Program-made: the position numbers and the translations under genes
Assembly: GCA_040386535.1 (NCBI GenBank)
Contig: JAZKFH010000009.1
Span: 128,001-192,000 of the forward strand
Reading direction: 5' to 3'
Length of the DNA: 64,000 bases
Source: Myxococcota bacterium
Lineage (GTDB): Bacteria > Myxococcota_A > UBA796 > SXON01
Notes under the pieces: model-generated
Seen by the model: only the letters and a program-made list of their open reading frames with translations
Database searches by the model: none
Told to the model about the DNA's origin: nothing
Part shown: positions 1-10,000 of the stretch, in pieces
Numbering within the stretch: the stretch's first letter is position 1
How the letters are laid out: each line of letters begins with the position of its first letter

Positions 1-452
1 GACGCGCGGTCGCGGACGTGCTCGCGGCGGACGGGCTCACGGTGGCCCTCGATCCCGACGACGTGTCCGGGTACGAGGTCGTCGTCGGCGCGCACACGAC
101 CGGGGGCGTGCTGGCCCCCGCGGCGCTGCACCCCCGCGCGACGCTCATCGACGTGGCGCTCCCGCCGACCTTGTCGGGCCCGCCGCCGCCGGGCGTCGTG
201 GTGCTGGCGGGCGAGTCCGTGGCGCTCCCGAAGGGGTGGCGGCGCGACGGGTGGGGGCACCTGTTCCACGTCGTCGCGGGCTACGGCTGGAGCAGCGTCT
301 ACGCCTGTCTCCTGGAGCCGCTGATCGCCGCGCGCATCGGCAGGAACACGCCGTTCGCGCAGGGGCGGCGGCTCGACGTCGCGGCGGTGCGTACGTTCGG
401 CGCGGCGGCCGAGGCGGCGGGGTTCGTCCCCCGGATACGAAGGCTTCACTAG
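1..452 (+). CDS. Partial (5' end off window) NAD(P)-binding oxidoreductase C-terminus, acyl-ACP reductase / predicted amino-acid dehydrogenase-like
   Basis: Frame open to the window edge. Motifs 'TLIDVALPP', 'GESVALP' and 'YACLLEPL' resemble the DVAxP...GGxVxxP...YACxAE tail of this family. Confidence 0.5.
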   Translation, partial: RAVADVLAADGLTVALDPDDVSGYEVVVGAHTTGGVLAPAALHPRATLIDVALPPTLSGPPPPGVVVLAGESVALPKGWRRDGWGHLFHVVAGYGWSSVYACLLEPLIAARIGRNTPFAQGRRLDVAAVRTFGAAAEAAGFVPRIRRLH

Positions 453-474
453 GGGCAGACCCCAAGGAGATCCC

Positions 475-2820
475 GTGGCAGACCTCTGGCTCGGCAAGAC
501 AGCGGGCGACGGCACGCGTGTGTCCCTCTCCACCGGCTCGTTGACGACGCACGCGGTGTGTGTCGGCATGACCGGGAGCGGCAAGACGGGCCTGTGCGTG
601 GGCCTCCTGGAGGAGGTGGCAAACGCCGGGGTGCCGATCATCGCGATTGATCCGAAGGGCGACCTCACCAACCTCGCGCTCACCGAGCCGGACGCCGCCG
701 TGGCCGCCGTGTGGCGCGCGGGGCAGGCGTCGTGGGGCATCGCGCCCGACGAGGTGCGCAGGTGGGCCGCGAACGTGGACGTGCACCTGTGGACCCCGGG
801 CTCGGACGCGGGGCTCGGCGTGAACGTGCTCGCGTCGCTCCGGCGGCCCACCGGGGAGCTGGACGACGAGGTGCGTCGCGAGCTGGTGATCGGCTCGGTG
901 AGCGCGTTGCTCGGCCTCGTCGGCGAGCCCGCGGACCCGGTGCGCAGCCCCGCGCACATCGTGCTCTCCCGCATCCTCGAGGAGGCGTGGGCCCGGGGCG
1001 ACGATCCCGATCTCGAGGCGCTCCTGGGCGCGCTCGTCGATCCGCCGTTCGGGAAGGTCGGGGTCTTTCCCACGGACAAGTTCTTCCCGCCGGACGACCG
1101 CCTCGCGCTGGCGATGCGGCTGAACGCGCTGCTCGCGAGCCCCGCGTTCGCGGCCTGGTCGACCGGCGCCACGCTCGACATCCCGGCCCTGCTCACGAAG
1201 ACGGACGGCCGCGTGCCCGTGCATGTCTTCACGCTCGCGCACCTCTCGGAGCCCGAGCGCCACTTCTTCGTCGGCATCCTGCTCGACCGCATCGCCGCGT
1301 GGACGCGAGGGCTCGGCGGCTCGAGCGAGCTGCGCGCGCTGGTGTTCTTCGACGAGATCTGGGGTTTTCTCCCGCCGCATCCGAAGGACCCGCCGGCCAA
1401 GCGCCCGCTGCTCGCGCTGCTCAAGCAGGCGCGATCCGTGGGCGTCGGCACCGTGCTCGCCACGCAGAACCCCGTCGACCTCGACTACAAGGCGCTCTCG
1501 AACGCGGGCACGTGGTTCGTGGGCCGCCTCCAGACGAAGAACGACCGCGATCGGGTGGCGGACGGCCTCACCGGCGCCGGCATGGAGCGCAAGGACGCCG
1601 AGGCCCTCCTGGACCAGGCCGCGCCGCGGCGCTTCGTGCTTCAGCAGGCGGGGAAGGGGCCGCGGGTTTTTGATACGCGGTGGACGCGGGTCTGGTTGGC
1701 GGGGCCGCTGACGAGGCCGCAGATCCGGGCTCTATCCAAGCGCAGCGTCCGGGCTGGCCCGCCAGAACCGCAGTCGGGGCCCCCGCCGGTCCCCCCCAAG
1801 GGGGCCCCACCGGCGGACCCGTCTGCAGGCGGGCCACCCCTGCCAGGGCGCGCTCCGATGACCCCGAACCACGGATCCCGAGCCCCCCTCTGGTCCGGCA
1901 TCGCCTGGACCCTCGACCCGAGAGCCGTCTTCTCCGCCCGCATGGACGGCGCCTTCACCCCGTACGCCGAGCCGCACACGAACGGCACGCGGCTGCGCCC
2001 CGCCCTGCTCGTCCAGCTCCGCCTGCGTTTTGACGAGGAGCGCGCCGGGTACATCGACGAGCAGGAGGAGAGCCGGGTGTTCTTTCCGCTGGAGGACGCG
2101 CTCCCGATGGCGCCGCTGGTGTTGCCGCTCCAGGAGGCCGACCTCGTCGACACCGGCAGCGACCGGAACGAGCTGGCCGATGGGCTCTACGATCCGCTCC
2201 CCGACTGGATGGACGAGCCCAAGGAGCTCGAGAAGCTCGTCAAGGACGTGGTGGCGCGGGTGGTGGCCGAGGAGTCGCGCGGGATGTGGGCCAACCCCAC
2301 GCTCAAGCTGCACGGGCGGCCGGGCGAGAGCCGCGCGGACTTCGATGCCCGGTGCGCGGCGGCGGTGGAGGCGCGCGTGGACGACGAGGTCGGCGCGCTG
2401 CGCGCCACGTACGAGAAGAAGGTCGATACGCTGGAGGACCGCATCCGGCGCCTGGACGAGCGCCGGGCCCAGGAGGCCACCGCCCACGCCGGCAAGCAGG
2501 CGGAGGAGTGGATGAACGTCGGGGAGACGGTCCTGTCCTTCTTCACGGGGCGCAAGAAGAGCCTCACGGCCGTCGCGACGCGGCGGCGGCAGGTGGTGGC
2601 GGCGGGACAGCGCGTGGAGTCCGCGGACGCCGAGCTCGCCGAGGCGCGCGAGGCCGTGTACGCCCTCGAACAGGAGCTCGAAGACAAGATCGCCGCGCTG
2701 CGCGAGCGCGAGGGGCGCGCCCTCGGCGCCACGGTCGAGAAGGAGATCCGGCTGGAACGGGACGACGTCCGCGTGCTGCGGAGCGGCCTGTTGTGGGTGC
2801 CGGTGAGCCGGCGGGTGTAG
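475..2820 (+). CDS. HerA/FtsK-like (DUF853/DUF87-type) P-loop ATPase with C-terminal coiled coil
   Basis: SD AAGGAG upstream. Walker A GMTGSGKT, 'AIDPKGD', Walker B 'FFDEIWGFLPP', 'LLKQAR..GVG.VLATQNPVDLDYK'. Heptad-rich C-terminal region. Confidence 0.85.
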   Translation: MADLWLGKTAGDGTRVSLSTGSLTTHAVCVGMTGSGKTGLCVGLLEEVANAGVPIIAIDPKGDLTNLALTEPDAAVAAVWRAGQASWGIAPDEVRRWAANVDVHLWTPGSDAGLGVNVLASLRRPTGELDDEVRRELVIGSVSALLGLVGEPADPVRSPAHIVLSRILEEAWARGDDPDLEALLGALVDPPFGKVGVFPTDKFFPPDDRLALAMRLNALLASPAFAAWSTGATLDIPALLTKTDGRVPVHVFTLAHLSEPERHFFVGILLDRIAAWTRGLGGSSELRALVFFDEIWGFLPPHPKDPPAKRPLLALLKQARSVGVGTVLATQNPVDLDYKALSNAGTWFVGRLQTKNDRDRVADGLTGAGMERKDAEALLDQAAPRRFVLQQAGKGPRVFDTRWTRVWLAGPLTRPQIRALSKRSVRAGPPEPQSGPPPVPPKGAPPADPSAGGPPLPGRAPMTPNHGSRAPLWSGIAWTLDPRAVFSARMDGAFTPYAEPHTNGTRLRPALLVQLRLRFDEERAGYIDEQEESRVFFPLEDALPMAPLVLPLQEADLVDTGSDRNELADGLYDPLPDWMDEPKELEKLVKDVVARVVAEESRGMWANPTLKLHGRPGESRADFDARCAAAVEARVDDEVGALRATYEKKVDTLEDRIRRLDERRAQEATAHAGKQAEEWMNVGETVLSFFTGRKKSLTAVATRRRQVVAAGQRVESADAELAEAREAVYALEQELEDKIAALREREGRALGATVEKEIRLERDDVRVLRSGLLWVPVSRRV
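1751..1840. repeat. Palindromic structured repeat element, copy 1 (in-frame inside the ATPase CDS)
   Basis: Nested inverted repeats TGGCCCGCC/GGCGGGCCA, GCAGTCGGG/CCCGTCTGC and CCGCCGGT/ACCGGCGG. The core 1764-1827 is nearly identical to 48610-48672. Confidence 0.85.
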
Positions 2821-2833
2821 GCCGGCCTGCCAG

Positions 2834-2865
2834 GCGCGGGCCCCCGCTTTCGTTGGGGCCCGCGT
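2834..2865 (+). terminator. GC-rich hairpin after the ATPase gene (terminator-like, no U tract)
   Basis: GCGCGGGCCCC / GGGGCCCGCGT inverted repeat 13 nt after the stop codon. Confidence 0.5.
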
Positions 2866-2882
2866 CGTGGGACACTACCGGG

Positions 2883-3752
2883 ATGTACGTCTGTCCTCGG
2901 ACTGGGGGTCCGCTCAAGGACTGGCATTCTGTCGCCGGGCAGGTCACCTACCCGCTGATCGATGGTGTGCCGGTCCTCCTCACCGATCCCGTCGCCTTCC
3001 TCTCGTCCCAGCCCTCCCGCTCGACCGCCACGGCCGAGCCTGGGCGTTGTGGGCTGCCCGACGCGATCACGCCCCACCTCCCGCCGTCGTTGTTCGGCGC
3101 GCCGGGCGGCTTCGGGCAGTGGCTCACGAGCCTGGGCGACGCGAGTCCCGATGCGCTCGCGATGACCTTCGCCACCAAGCACGCGCCCCCGGGGCCCGCG
3201 CTCGACGTGGGCTGCGGCGTCGGCACGATGGCACGGCGCATGGTCACCGGCGGGCGCGCCACCTGGGCCTTCGACCGCTCGTCGGACGCGGTGCTGCTGG
3301 CCCGCGGCCTCCTCTGCGGCGTGCTGCAACAGACGCTGATCCCCACGTCCCGCCGCGGGCTGCGCCGCGTGAAGGTGCCGTTCAAGCCCATCACCGCGAA
3401 CCTCCAGTTCTGCGTCGCGGACGCCGCGCGCCCGCCGTTCCCGCCGGACTCCTTCGCCTGGGTGCACCTGGGCGACGTGCTGGACGAGCTGGGGGACGAG
3501 GTCGCCGACGTGCTCGTGGCCTGCGAGGGGATCCTCAAGAAGGGCGGCGTGCTCACCGTGACGACCGCGTACGACGCGCCCGCCCCGCCCACCGAGACCG
3601 CGCCGCCCCCCGAAGAGGAGCTGCTCGAGGCGCTCGAAGGGCTCGGCCTGCAGGTGATCGATCAGCAGGACCGGGTGCCCCAGGTGGTGCGCGACTACGA
3701 CCGCGGCTACCGGATCCGGTTCGTGCACGTCGTCGCGGCGCGAAAGAAGTGA
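2883..3752 (+). CDS. Class I SAM-dependent methyltransferase with N-terminal Trm112-like segment
   Basis: 'YVCPRTGGPL...YPLIDGVPVLL' (Trm112-like), motif I 'LDVGCGVG', 'VADAARPPF...F', 'ILKKGG'. Confidence 0.8.
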   Translation: MYVCPRTGGPLKDWHSVAGQVTYPLIDGVPVLLTDPVAFLSSQPSRSTATAEPGRCGLPDAITPHLPPSLFGAPGGFGQWLTSLGDASPDALAMTFATKHAPPGPALDVGCGVGTMARRMVTGGRATWAFDRSSDAVLLARGLLCGVLQQTLIPTSRRGLRRVKVPFKPITANLQFCVADAARPPFPPDSFAWVHLGDVLDELGDEVADVLVACEGILKKGGVLTVTTAYDAPAPPTETAPPPEEELLEALEGLGLQVIDQQDRVPQVVRDYDRGYRIRFVHVVAARKK

Positions 3753-4486
3753 ACGACGCGGCGCGGCCGCCCGCCCTGGAGCCGCCCGCTCCGGAGCCCC
3801 CCGCTCCGGAGCCCCCCGCTGTGGAGCCGTCCGCCGTGGTCGCGCAGCGCCGTCGCCCCTGGCTCGTGTTCGCCCTCGAGGACGCCCTCCTCGACACCCG
3901 CGCCGGCCGCCTCCACGTCATCCACGCCCTCTCGACCGCCACCCCCGCGGACGTGGCCCTGTTCGAGGCCACCGGCGAGTACGACGATCCCTGGGTGATC
4001 GCGCGCGCCGCCGGCACCTGGGTGCGCGCCGGGCGGCCCCGCCCGCTCCCGCTAGGCGGCTGGCGCGTGGTGGTCAACCAGTGCGGCGGCGACCCGGGCG
4101 ATCTCGACAGCCGCGCGCGGATGTTGTGGGAGCTGCGGGGATGGAAGGCCGAGGCGCCGCGGGTCGACGCCGCGCGCCTGTCCCGCCTCGCGGAGGTCGC
4201 CCAGCTCGGCATCGTCACGTCGCGCGACCGCAAGGGGCTCGCGCGTGCGGAGGAGGTGCTCGGCTACCACTTCGCCGCGTCCACCACGGGCGAGGACGGC
4301 GCCCGCCCCGACCCGCAGGTGCTGCTGCGCCACGGCGCCACCGGGCACTTCATCGGCATCGGGGACCAGGACCGCGCGACCGCCCTGGCCGCGCGCTTCG
4401 TGTTCCACGACGCCACCGCGGGCCTCGCGCCGATCGTGGACCGCATGCTCCAGAAGCTCGCGCCCGCGCCCGCGCCAGCCGCGTAG
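3749..4486 (+). CDS. HAD-fold protein with degenerate motif I
   Basis: GTGA overlap with the upstream stop. 'LVFALEDALLDT' (motif I position), 'LGIVTSR' (II), 'RPDPQVL' (III), 'FIGIGDQD' (IV). Confidence 0.65.
   Translation: MNDAARPPALEPPAPEPPAPEPPAVEPSAVVAQRRRPWLVFALEDALLDTRAGRLHVIHALSTATPADVALFEATGEYDDPWVIARAAGTWVRAGRPRPLPLGGWRVVVNQCGGDPGDLDSRARMLWELRGWKAEAPRVDAARLSRLAEVAQLGIVTSRDRKGLARAEEVLGYHFAASTTGEDGARPDPQVLLRHGATGHFIGIGDQDRATALAARFVFHDATAGLAPIVDRMLQKLAPAPAPAA
3778..3829. repeat. 15-bp tandem repeat (about 3.5 copies) encoding (EPPAP)n
   Basis: GGAGCC(G/C)CCCGCTCC units. Confidence 0.85.
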
Positions 4487-4490
4487 AGGA

Positions 4491-7001
4491 TCAGCCCGGA
4501 TCGACCTCGACCGGCGTGATGGTCTCCACCTCGATCGTGCGGGCATCGACCTCGGCGCGACGGAACGCGAACGCGTCGTACACGCCGTCGAGCCACAACG
4601 TGGCGTCGGCGTCGTTGGCGTACAAGACGTTGAACGAGGTCTCCGGGACACCGTCCTCGCCGAAGCTGGTGACGGTGCGGAAGATCGGGCCCTCGTCTCC
4701 CACGCACTCGTCGGCGGGCTCCCCGCTGTCGGTCCAGAAGCTGCACCCGGACACGTTCGGCGTGGACTCGTCGCCGTCGACCGGGAGGTACTGGAGCTCG
4801 CCCCACGTCGGGTGGACCTTGACGCGGTGCATGTCCTGCCAGGACCAGCCCGCGAGGCCCTCGGTGGCGGCGCGCTCCGCGGCCCACGTCAGGGCGTCGT
4901 CCAGGCCGGCGAGCAGGTCGAAGTCACCGCGCCCGTCGAGCACGGACTCGATGCCGTTCGCCTGGGCGAGCAGGTTGATCTTCGCGATGGTGACCGGCGA
5001 GGACGCCTCGACCGGCAGGTAGAGCAGCGAGAGGTCGCCACCGAGCGTGCGCTTGGACGCGAAGCCCTGCCACGCGCGGAACAGCGCGGCCTCCTCGGAG
5101 GCGCGCACCATGCGGCGATCCCAGGCGGCGAGGCGGCTCACGGCCGCGAGAAGATCGTCGCGACCGCGGAACGATTCGAGCGACTCGTCCGTGTCGATCC
5201 GGCTCGCGGCGACCTCGAGCAGCGGCACGAGGATGGCGGCCATGGTGCTGTAGCTGTCGAGTTGAAGCGCCATCATGTCCGCGGGCGTGGCGGGGGCGGC
5301 GCCGATGATGCGCTCGAGCTCGTTCGATATGCGGTCGGCGCGGAAGCCCGGCGAGAAGAAGCTGCCGTAGTAGAACTCGTCGTTCAACGGGTCGTTGTCG
5401 GCGGTGTGGCCCCACGGGTCGTTGTTCGCGGACACCAGGAACGGCTGGGTGCCGTCGAGGTGGGGGAGCCGGTCGGCGGAGAGGTATTCGCCGGTCCAGA
5501 GCGTGCTCGCGTCCGACGCGTCGAGCACCTGGTTCGCCGCCGGACGTGTGGCGACGGGCCCGCGGTCGGGGATGAGGCCGTGCGTGTGGTAGCGGATGCC
5601 GCCGGCGGTGGCGCCCATCCAGTTGTGCATGCCGACGCGCTGGTGATCGATGGCGGCCTCGAACTCGTCCAGCGTCGCGGCGCGGTTCAGGTCGAAGTAG
5701 ATCCGCAGCTCGTTGGTGGGGGCGAAGCCGACCCAGCTCACCATCACCTTGCCGTTGGCGAACAGGGCCTCGGGCACCGGGATGAGCTCCTCCGGGAGGA
5801 TGACGCCGTAGCCGTCGACCTCCTGGACGGTGAGCAGGCGCTCCTCGAAGGTGCCGTCCGCGAGTCTGACGCGGATGAGCTCCTCCCGCTCGCTGACCGG
5901 CACCTGGGTGCCGCCCATGTTCGCCTTCCCGTCGCTGATGGCGACATCGAACAGGTCGGTCTGATCGGGGAAGTGGGTGGTGGCCGCCCACGCGAGCGTG
6001 GCGTTGTGGCCGAGCTGCACACCCGGCACGCCGACGAACGAGAACCCCGCCACGTCGAACGCCCCGCCCGCGTCCGCGGAGTTGAGGTGCTGCATGTAGA
6101 GCGTGTTCGGATCGTGGAAGCTGGAGTGTGGGTCGTTCGCGATCAGCGGGCGCCCGTTGTCGGTGAACGCAGCGTTGACCGCCCAGTTGTTGCTGCCCTC
6201 GCCCGGGTAGGTGTAGGAGCGGAGCGCCTGGACGCCGTCGAGGAACGCGGTGGCCTCGGCCGGGGACCACGTGAGCGGCGCCTTGGCCTCGGGCGCGGGG
6301 CGGGCGGCGCCGGTGGGGGCGACCTCGGCGGCGATGAAGCGGTCGATCGCGGGGTCGAACACCGGCATGTCGGCGTAGCTCGAGTTGAGCCGCGTCATCA
6401 GCGAGTAGAGGATGTCGTACTCGATCGTGCTCGAGTACCCGAGGTTGATGCGCTGGCCGATGCGGACCACGTCCGCGACCTGCATCGGCTCGGGCAGGTA
6501 GTCGAGCTCGGCGGGGCCGAAGCCCCAGGGGAGGGGAACGGCGCCGGCGTGCACCTCCGCGATGCGCGCGTTCACGCCGCTGACGTAGGCGACCAGGAGC
6601 GCGTAGTCGTCGGGGGTCTCCTCCGCGAGCCACGCGAGGCTGTCGCACGCGTAGCGCCCGAAGTCGAACGTGCGCGCGGTCACGTCGTCCGCCCACGACT
6701 CTTCGCCCCGCACCTCGGAGAGGGTGCCCTTGGCGGCGCGCACGAAGGTGTCGAGCTCGAACAGGCGGTCGGTCGCGGCCTGGTAGCCGGCCCCGTAGAA
6801 CAGGTCGGCGTCGCTCTGGGCGTACAGGTGGGGGATGTTCCGATCGTCGCGACGCACGTCGATCGGGGCCTGGAGCGTGTACGCGGCCGGGTAGTCGGCG
6901 AGCTCACATTCGGGCTGGACGACCGGCGCCCCAGGCGGCTTGTCGTCCACACAAGCAACGAGCATCAGCGGGAGGACGAGCAACGAACGCATGGGGGCCA
7001 T
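4491..7001 (-). CDS. Penicillin acylase family (Ntn hydrolase, S45) lipoprotein
   Basis: Lipobox 'LMLVAC', 'RDDRNIPHLYA', nucleophile motif 'GSNNWAV', 'LIANDPH', 'SANND'. Start may instead be the Met at 6992. Confidence 0.93.
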   Translation of the reverse strand: MAPMRSLLVLPLMLVACVDDKPPGAPVVQPECELADYPAAYTLQAPIDVRRDDRNIPHLYAQSDADLFYGAGYQAATDRLFELDTFVRAAKGTLSEVRGEESWADDVTARTFDFGRYACDSLAWLAEETPDDYALLVAYVSGVNARIAEVHAGAVPLPWGFGPAELDYLPEPMQVADVVRIGQRINLGYSSTIEYDILYSLMTRLNSSYADMPVFDPAIDRFIAAEVAPTGAARPAPEAKAPLTWSPAEATAFLDGVQALRSYTYPGEGSNNWAVNAAFTDNGRPLIANDPHSSFHDPNTLYMQHLNSADAGGAFDVAGFSFVGVPGVQLGHNATLAWAATTHFPDQTDLFDVAISDGKANMGGTQVPVSEREELIRVRLADGTFEERLLTVQEVDGYGVILPEELIPVPEALFANGKVMVSWVGFAPTNELRIYFDLNRAATLDEFEAAIDHQRVGMHNWMGATAGGIRYHTHGLIPDRGPVATRPAANQVLDASDASTLWTGEYLSADRLPHLDGTQPFLVSANNDPWGHTADNDPLNDEFYYGSFFSPGFRADRISNELERIIGAAPATPADMMALQLDSYSTMAAILVPLLEVAASRIDTDESLESFRGRDDLLAAVSRLAAWDRRMVRASEEAALFRAWQGFASKRTLGGDLSLLYLPVEASSPVTIAKINLLAQANGIESVLDGRGDFDLLAGLDDALTWAAERAATEGLAGWSWQDMHRVKVHPTWGELQYLPVDGDESTPNVSGCSFWTDSGEPADECVGDEGPIFRTVTSFGEDGVPETSFNVLYANDADATLWLDGVYDAFAFRRAEVDARTIEVETITPVEVDPG

Positions 7002-7069
7002 CTCGGCGGTGGTCGGGGAGGGGCGCCCTATCTAATCACTGGCTGCGCGGCCGGGATTCGGAACAAAGT

Positions 7070-10000
7070 TCAGCTTCGCGGCACCCTCGCGGCACCCTCG
7101 GGGGCCCGGGTCCGACGGCGTGACAAGGCCACGATGCCGAGCAGGACCGCGATCCCCGTGCCCGCCCCCGGTGCGCCGGAACAACCCGGGCAGCCCGCCG
7201 CGGGAGGGTCGATTGGGGGCTCGTCGGCGGTGTCGCCCGGCGCGGGGAGGTCGGCGCCGTCGCAATCCTGGTCGATCCCGTCGCCGGCGATCTCGACGGC
7301 CTCGGGGTGCGCCGCGGCGTCGGCGTCGTCGCACTCCACACACGCTGCGAAGCCGTCCGCGTCGGCGTCGGCGTACCCCACCGAGCCGTCGCAGTTGTAG
7401 TCGGCCGAGTCCGCGCAGTCGGACTCCTCGGCCGCGGGGTGGAACCTCGGGTCGGCGTCGTCGCAGTCGCCGGCGGGTTCGGTGGCGAGCGCCTCACCGA
7501 GGCCGGAGCAGGACGGGTCGTCGGACGGGATCGTGGCGCCGTCTTCGTCGTGGTAGCCGTCCTCGTCGGCGTCGACATAGCAGAGCTCCACGGCGTCACA
7601 ATCGCTGTCCATTCCGTCGCCCGCCGCGTCGGGGGCCTCCGGATGAACGTCTGGGTCGGTGTCGTCGCAGTCCACACAGGCCGCCCACCCGTCGGCGTCC
7701 GCGTCGGTCCGCGGCGAGACCCCGTCGCAGTCGTAGTCGTTCGCGTCGGTGCAGTCGGGCTCGGCCGCGCCGGGGTGGAAGGCGGCGTCGGCGTCGTCAC
7801 AGTCCGCGCCTACGGCGGCGTAGCCGCTCGCGAGGTCACAAGCGCTGGCGGTCACGCCGCCGAAGCCGTCCCCGTCCACATCGCGGTACACCGTCGTCTG
7901 CCCTGTGGCGCTCGGGTCGGCGTCCTCTACGAGCCCGTCGCAGTCCTCGTCGGCGTCCGCCACGTCGCACACCTCGCTGCCGGCGGGCGAGATCGCGGCG
8001 GAAGTGTCGTCGCAATCGAGGGAGGTGGCCGTGTAGCCGGCCGCGAGGTCGCACATCCAGGCGGTCCGCCAGCCACCGAACCCGTCACCGTCGGCGTCGG
8101 CGTAGGCGCGCGAGGCGCCGGTGGCGCTCGGGTCGGCGTCGTCGGCGAGGCCGTCACAATTCTCGTCGCGGTCGGCGGGATCGCAGACCTCCCTCCCGGC
8201 GGGGCTCACGCCGGCATCGGCGTCGTCGCAATCGGTAGAGTCGGTCATCATGCCCGGGGAGAGGTCACACGCGTAGACGGGGGTGGTGCCGCCGTAGCCG
8301 TCCCCGTCGGCATCGAGGACGTACGCGGTCTGCCCGGTGGCGCTCGTGTCGGCGTCCTCCGCCACGCCGTCGCAGTCCTCGTCGACATCGGCCGGGTCGC
8401 AGCGCTCAGGGGCGCCGGGGGAGATCACGGCAGCGCCGTCGTCACAGTCGCCGCCGACCCCCACGTAGCCGGCCGGGACGTCGCACCAAGTCGCGGCGCT
8501 GCTCCCGTACCCGTCGCCGTCGCCATCCAGGTACGCCGTGGTGGGCCCCGCCGGGGCGTCGTCCGCGTCGTCGGCGCGCCCGTCGCAGTCCTCGTCGAAG
8601 TCGGCGGCGTCGCACCGCTCCGTCGCGCCGGGGTGCACGGTGGCGTCGTCGTCGTCGCAATCGCCACGGGTGGTGGTGTAGCCCGGCGTCAGCGCACAGA
8701 CGGTGACCTCCGCCGCGCCGTACCCGTCGCCGTCCCCGTCGCGATAGGCCGTAAACACGCCCGCCGTGGTGGCGTCCGCGTCGTCGCAGTCCACGGGGGC
8801 GCACGCCCCGTCGCGATCCGCGTCCGCACACCCGAGGTGGAGGTCCACCCGGCCTGCATTGCGGTCGTCCCCCGCGGCGCCGATCAGCAGATCGTCGAAC
8901 CCGTCGCCGTCCACGTCGCCCGCTCGGCCGAGCGTGAAGCCGTAGCCGTCGATCTGGGTGGGATCACGCGAGGAGAGGGTCCGCCGCGCCGTGGTGTCCA
9001 GGCCGCTCGCCGACCCGCCGTAGATGCCGACGATGCCGCTCGACCCGGTGCCGGTGTCCAGCACGACCACGTCGTCGTAGCCGTCCCCGTCGAGGTCGCC
9101 GGCGCCGGCCAGCACGTAGGCGAAGGTGTCGTTGGTGGTGGTGCCGGTGATCGTTGCGGCGGGGGTGGCCGACAACCCGGACGCCGACCCGTGGAACACG
9201 AGCGCCCGCCCGAGACCGGAGCGCGGCTCGCCCACGATCACGTCGTCGAAACCGTCGCCGTCGAGATCGCCCGCCGCGTCGAAGGAGATCCCGAACCAGT
9301 TGCCGGTCGCCTCGCCCAAGAGGATGGTGTCAGCCGTCTCGTCGACGCCGGTGCTCGAGCCCAGGTACACGACCACGCGGCCCGTAGAACTTTCGTGGCT
9401 CGGCTGGCCGACGAGCACGTCGGCGTAGCCGTCCCCGTTCACGTCGCCCGCGCGGCCCACGTAGTCGCCGAGCCCGCGGGTCGTCAGGCCTCGCGCGAGG
9501 ACCGTGTACGACGACGTGCGGATCCCGCTCGCCGAGCCCAGGAACACGTAGCCCGCCCCCACCCGGGCCGAGGAGCTCACGTCGCCGACGACGAGGTCAT
9601 CGTACCCGTCGCCGTTCACGTCTCCCGGGCCGGCGAGCGCGTTGCCGAACGTGGAGGTGGCGTCGGTCGCGAGCGTCACGGATACGCGGGGGGCGGGCTC
9701 GAGGCCGCTGGCGGAGCCGTGGTAGACGCGCACGACGGAGGGGGTTTCGAACTGCCCGTAGTGACCGATGGCCACGTCATCGTAGCCGTCGGCGTCGGAG
9801 TCCCCCAGGGCGGCCGCCGCGTAGCCGAATTGGGAAGCTCCCGCGGCGACGAGCGTGGTCGTCGGCTCGTCCAGCAGCCCTGTGGCGGAGCCGTGGAACA
9901 GGAATGCGGCGCCGGTCGAGCTCTCGTAGCCGGGCGCGGTCACGAGCACGTCGGCATAGCCGTCCGCGTCGACGTCGCCGGCCGGGCCGATGACATAGCC

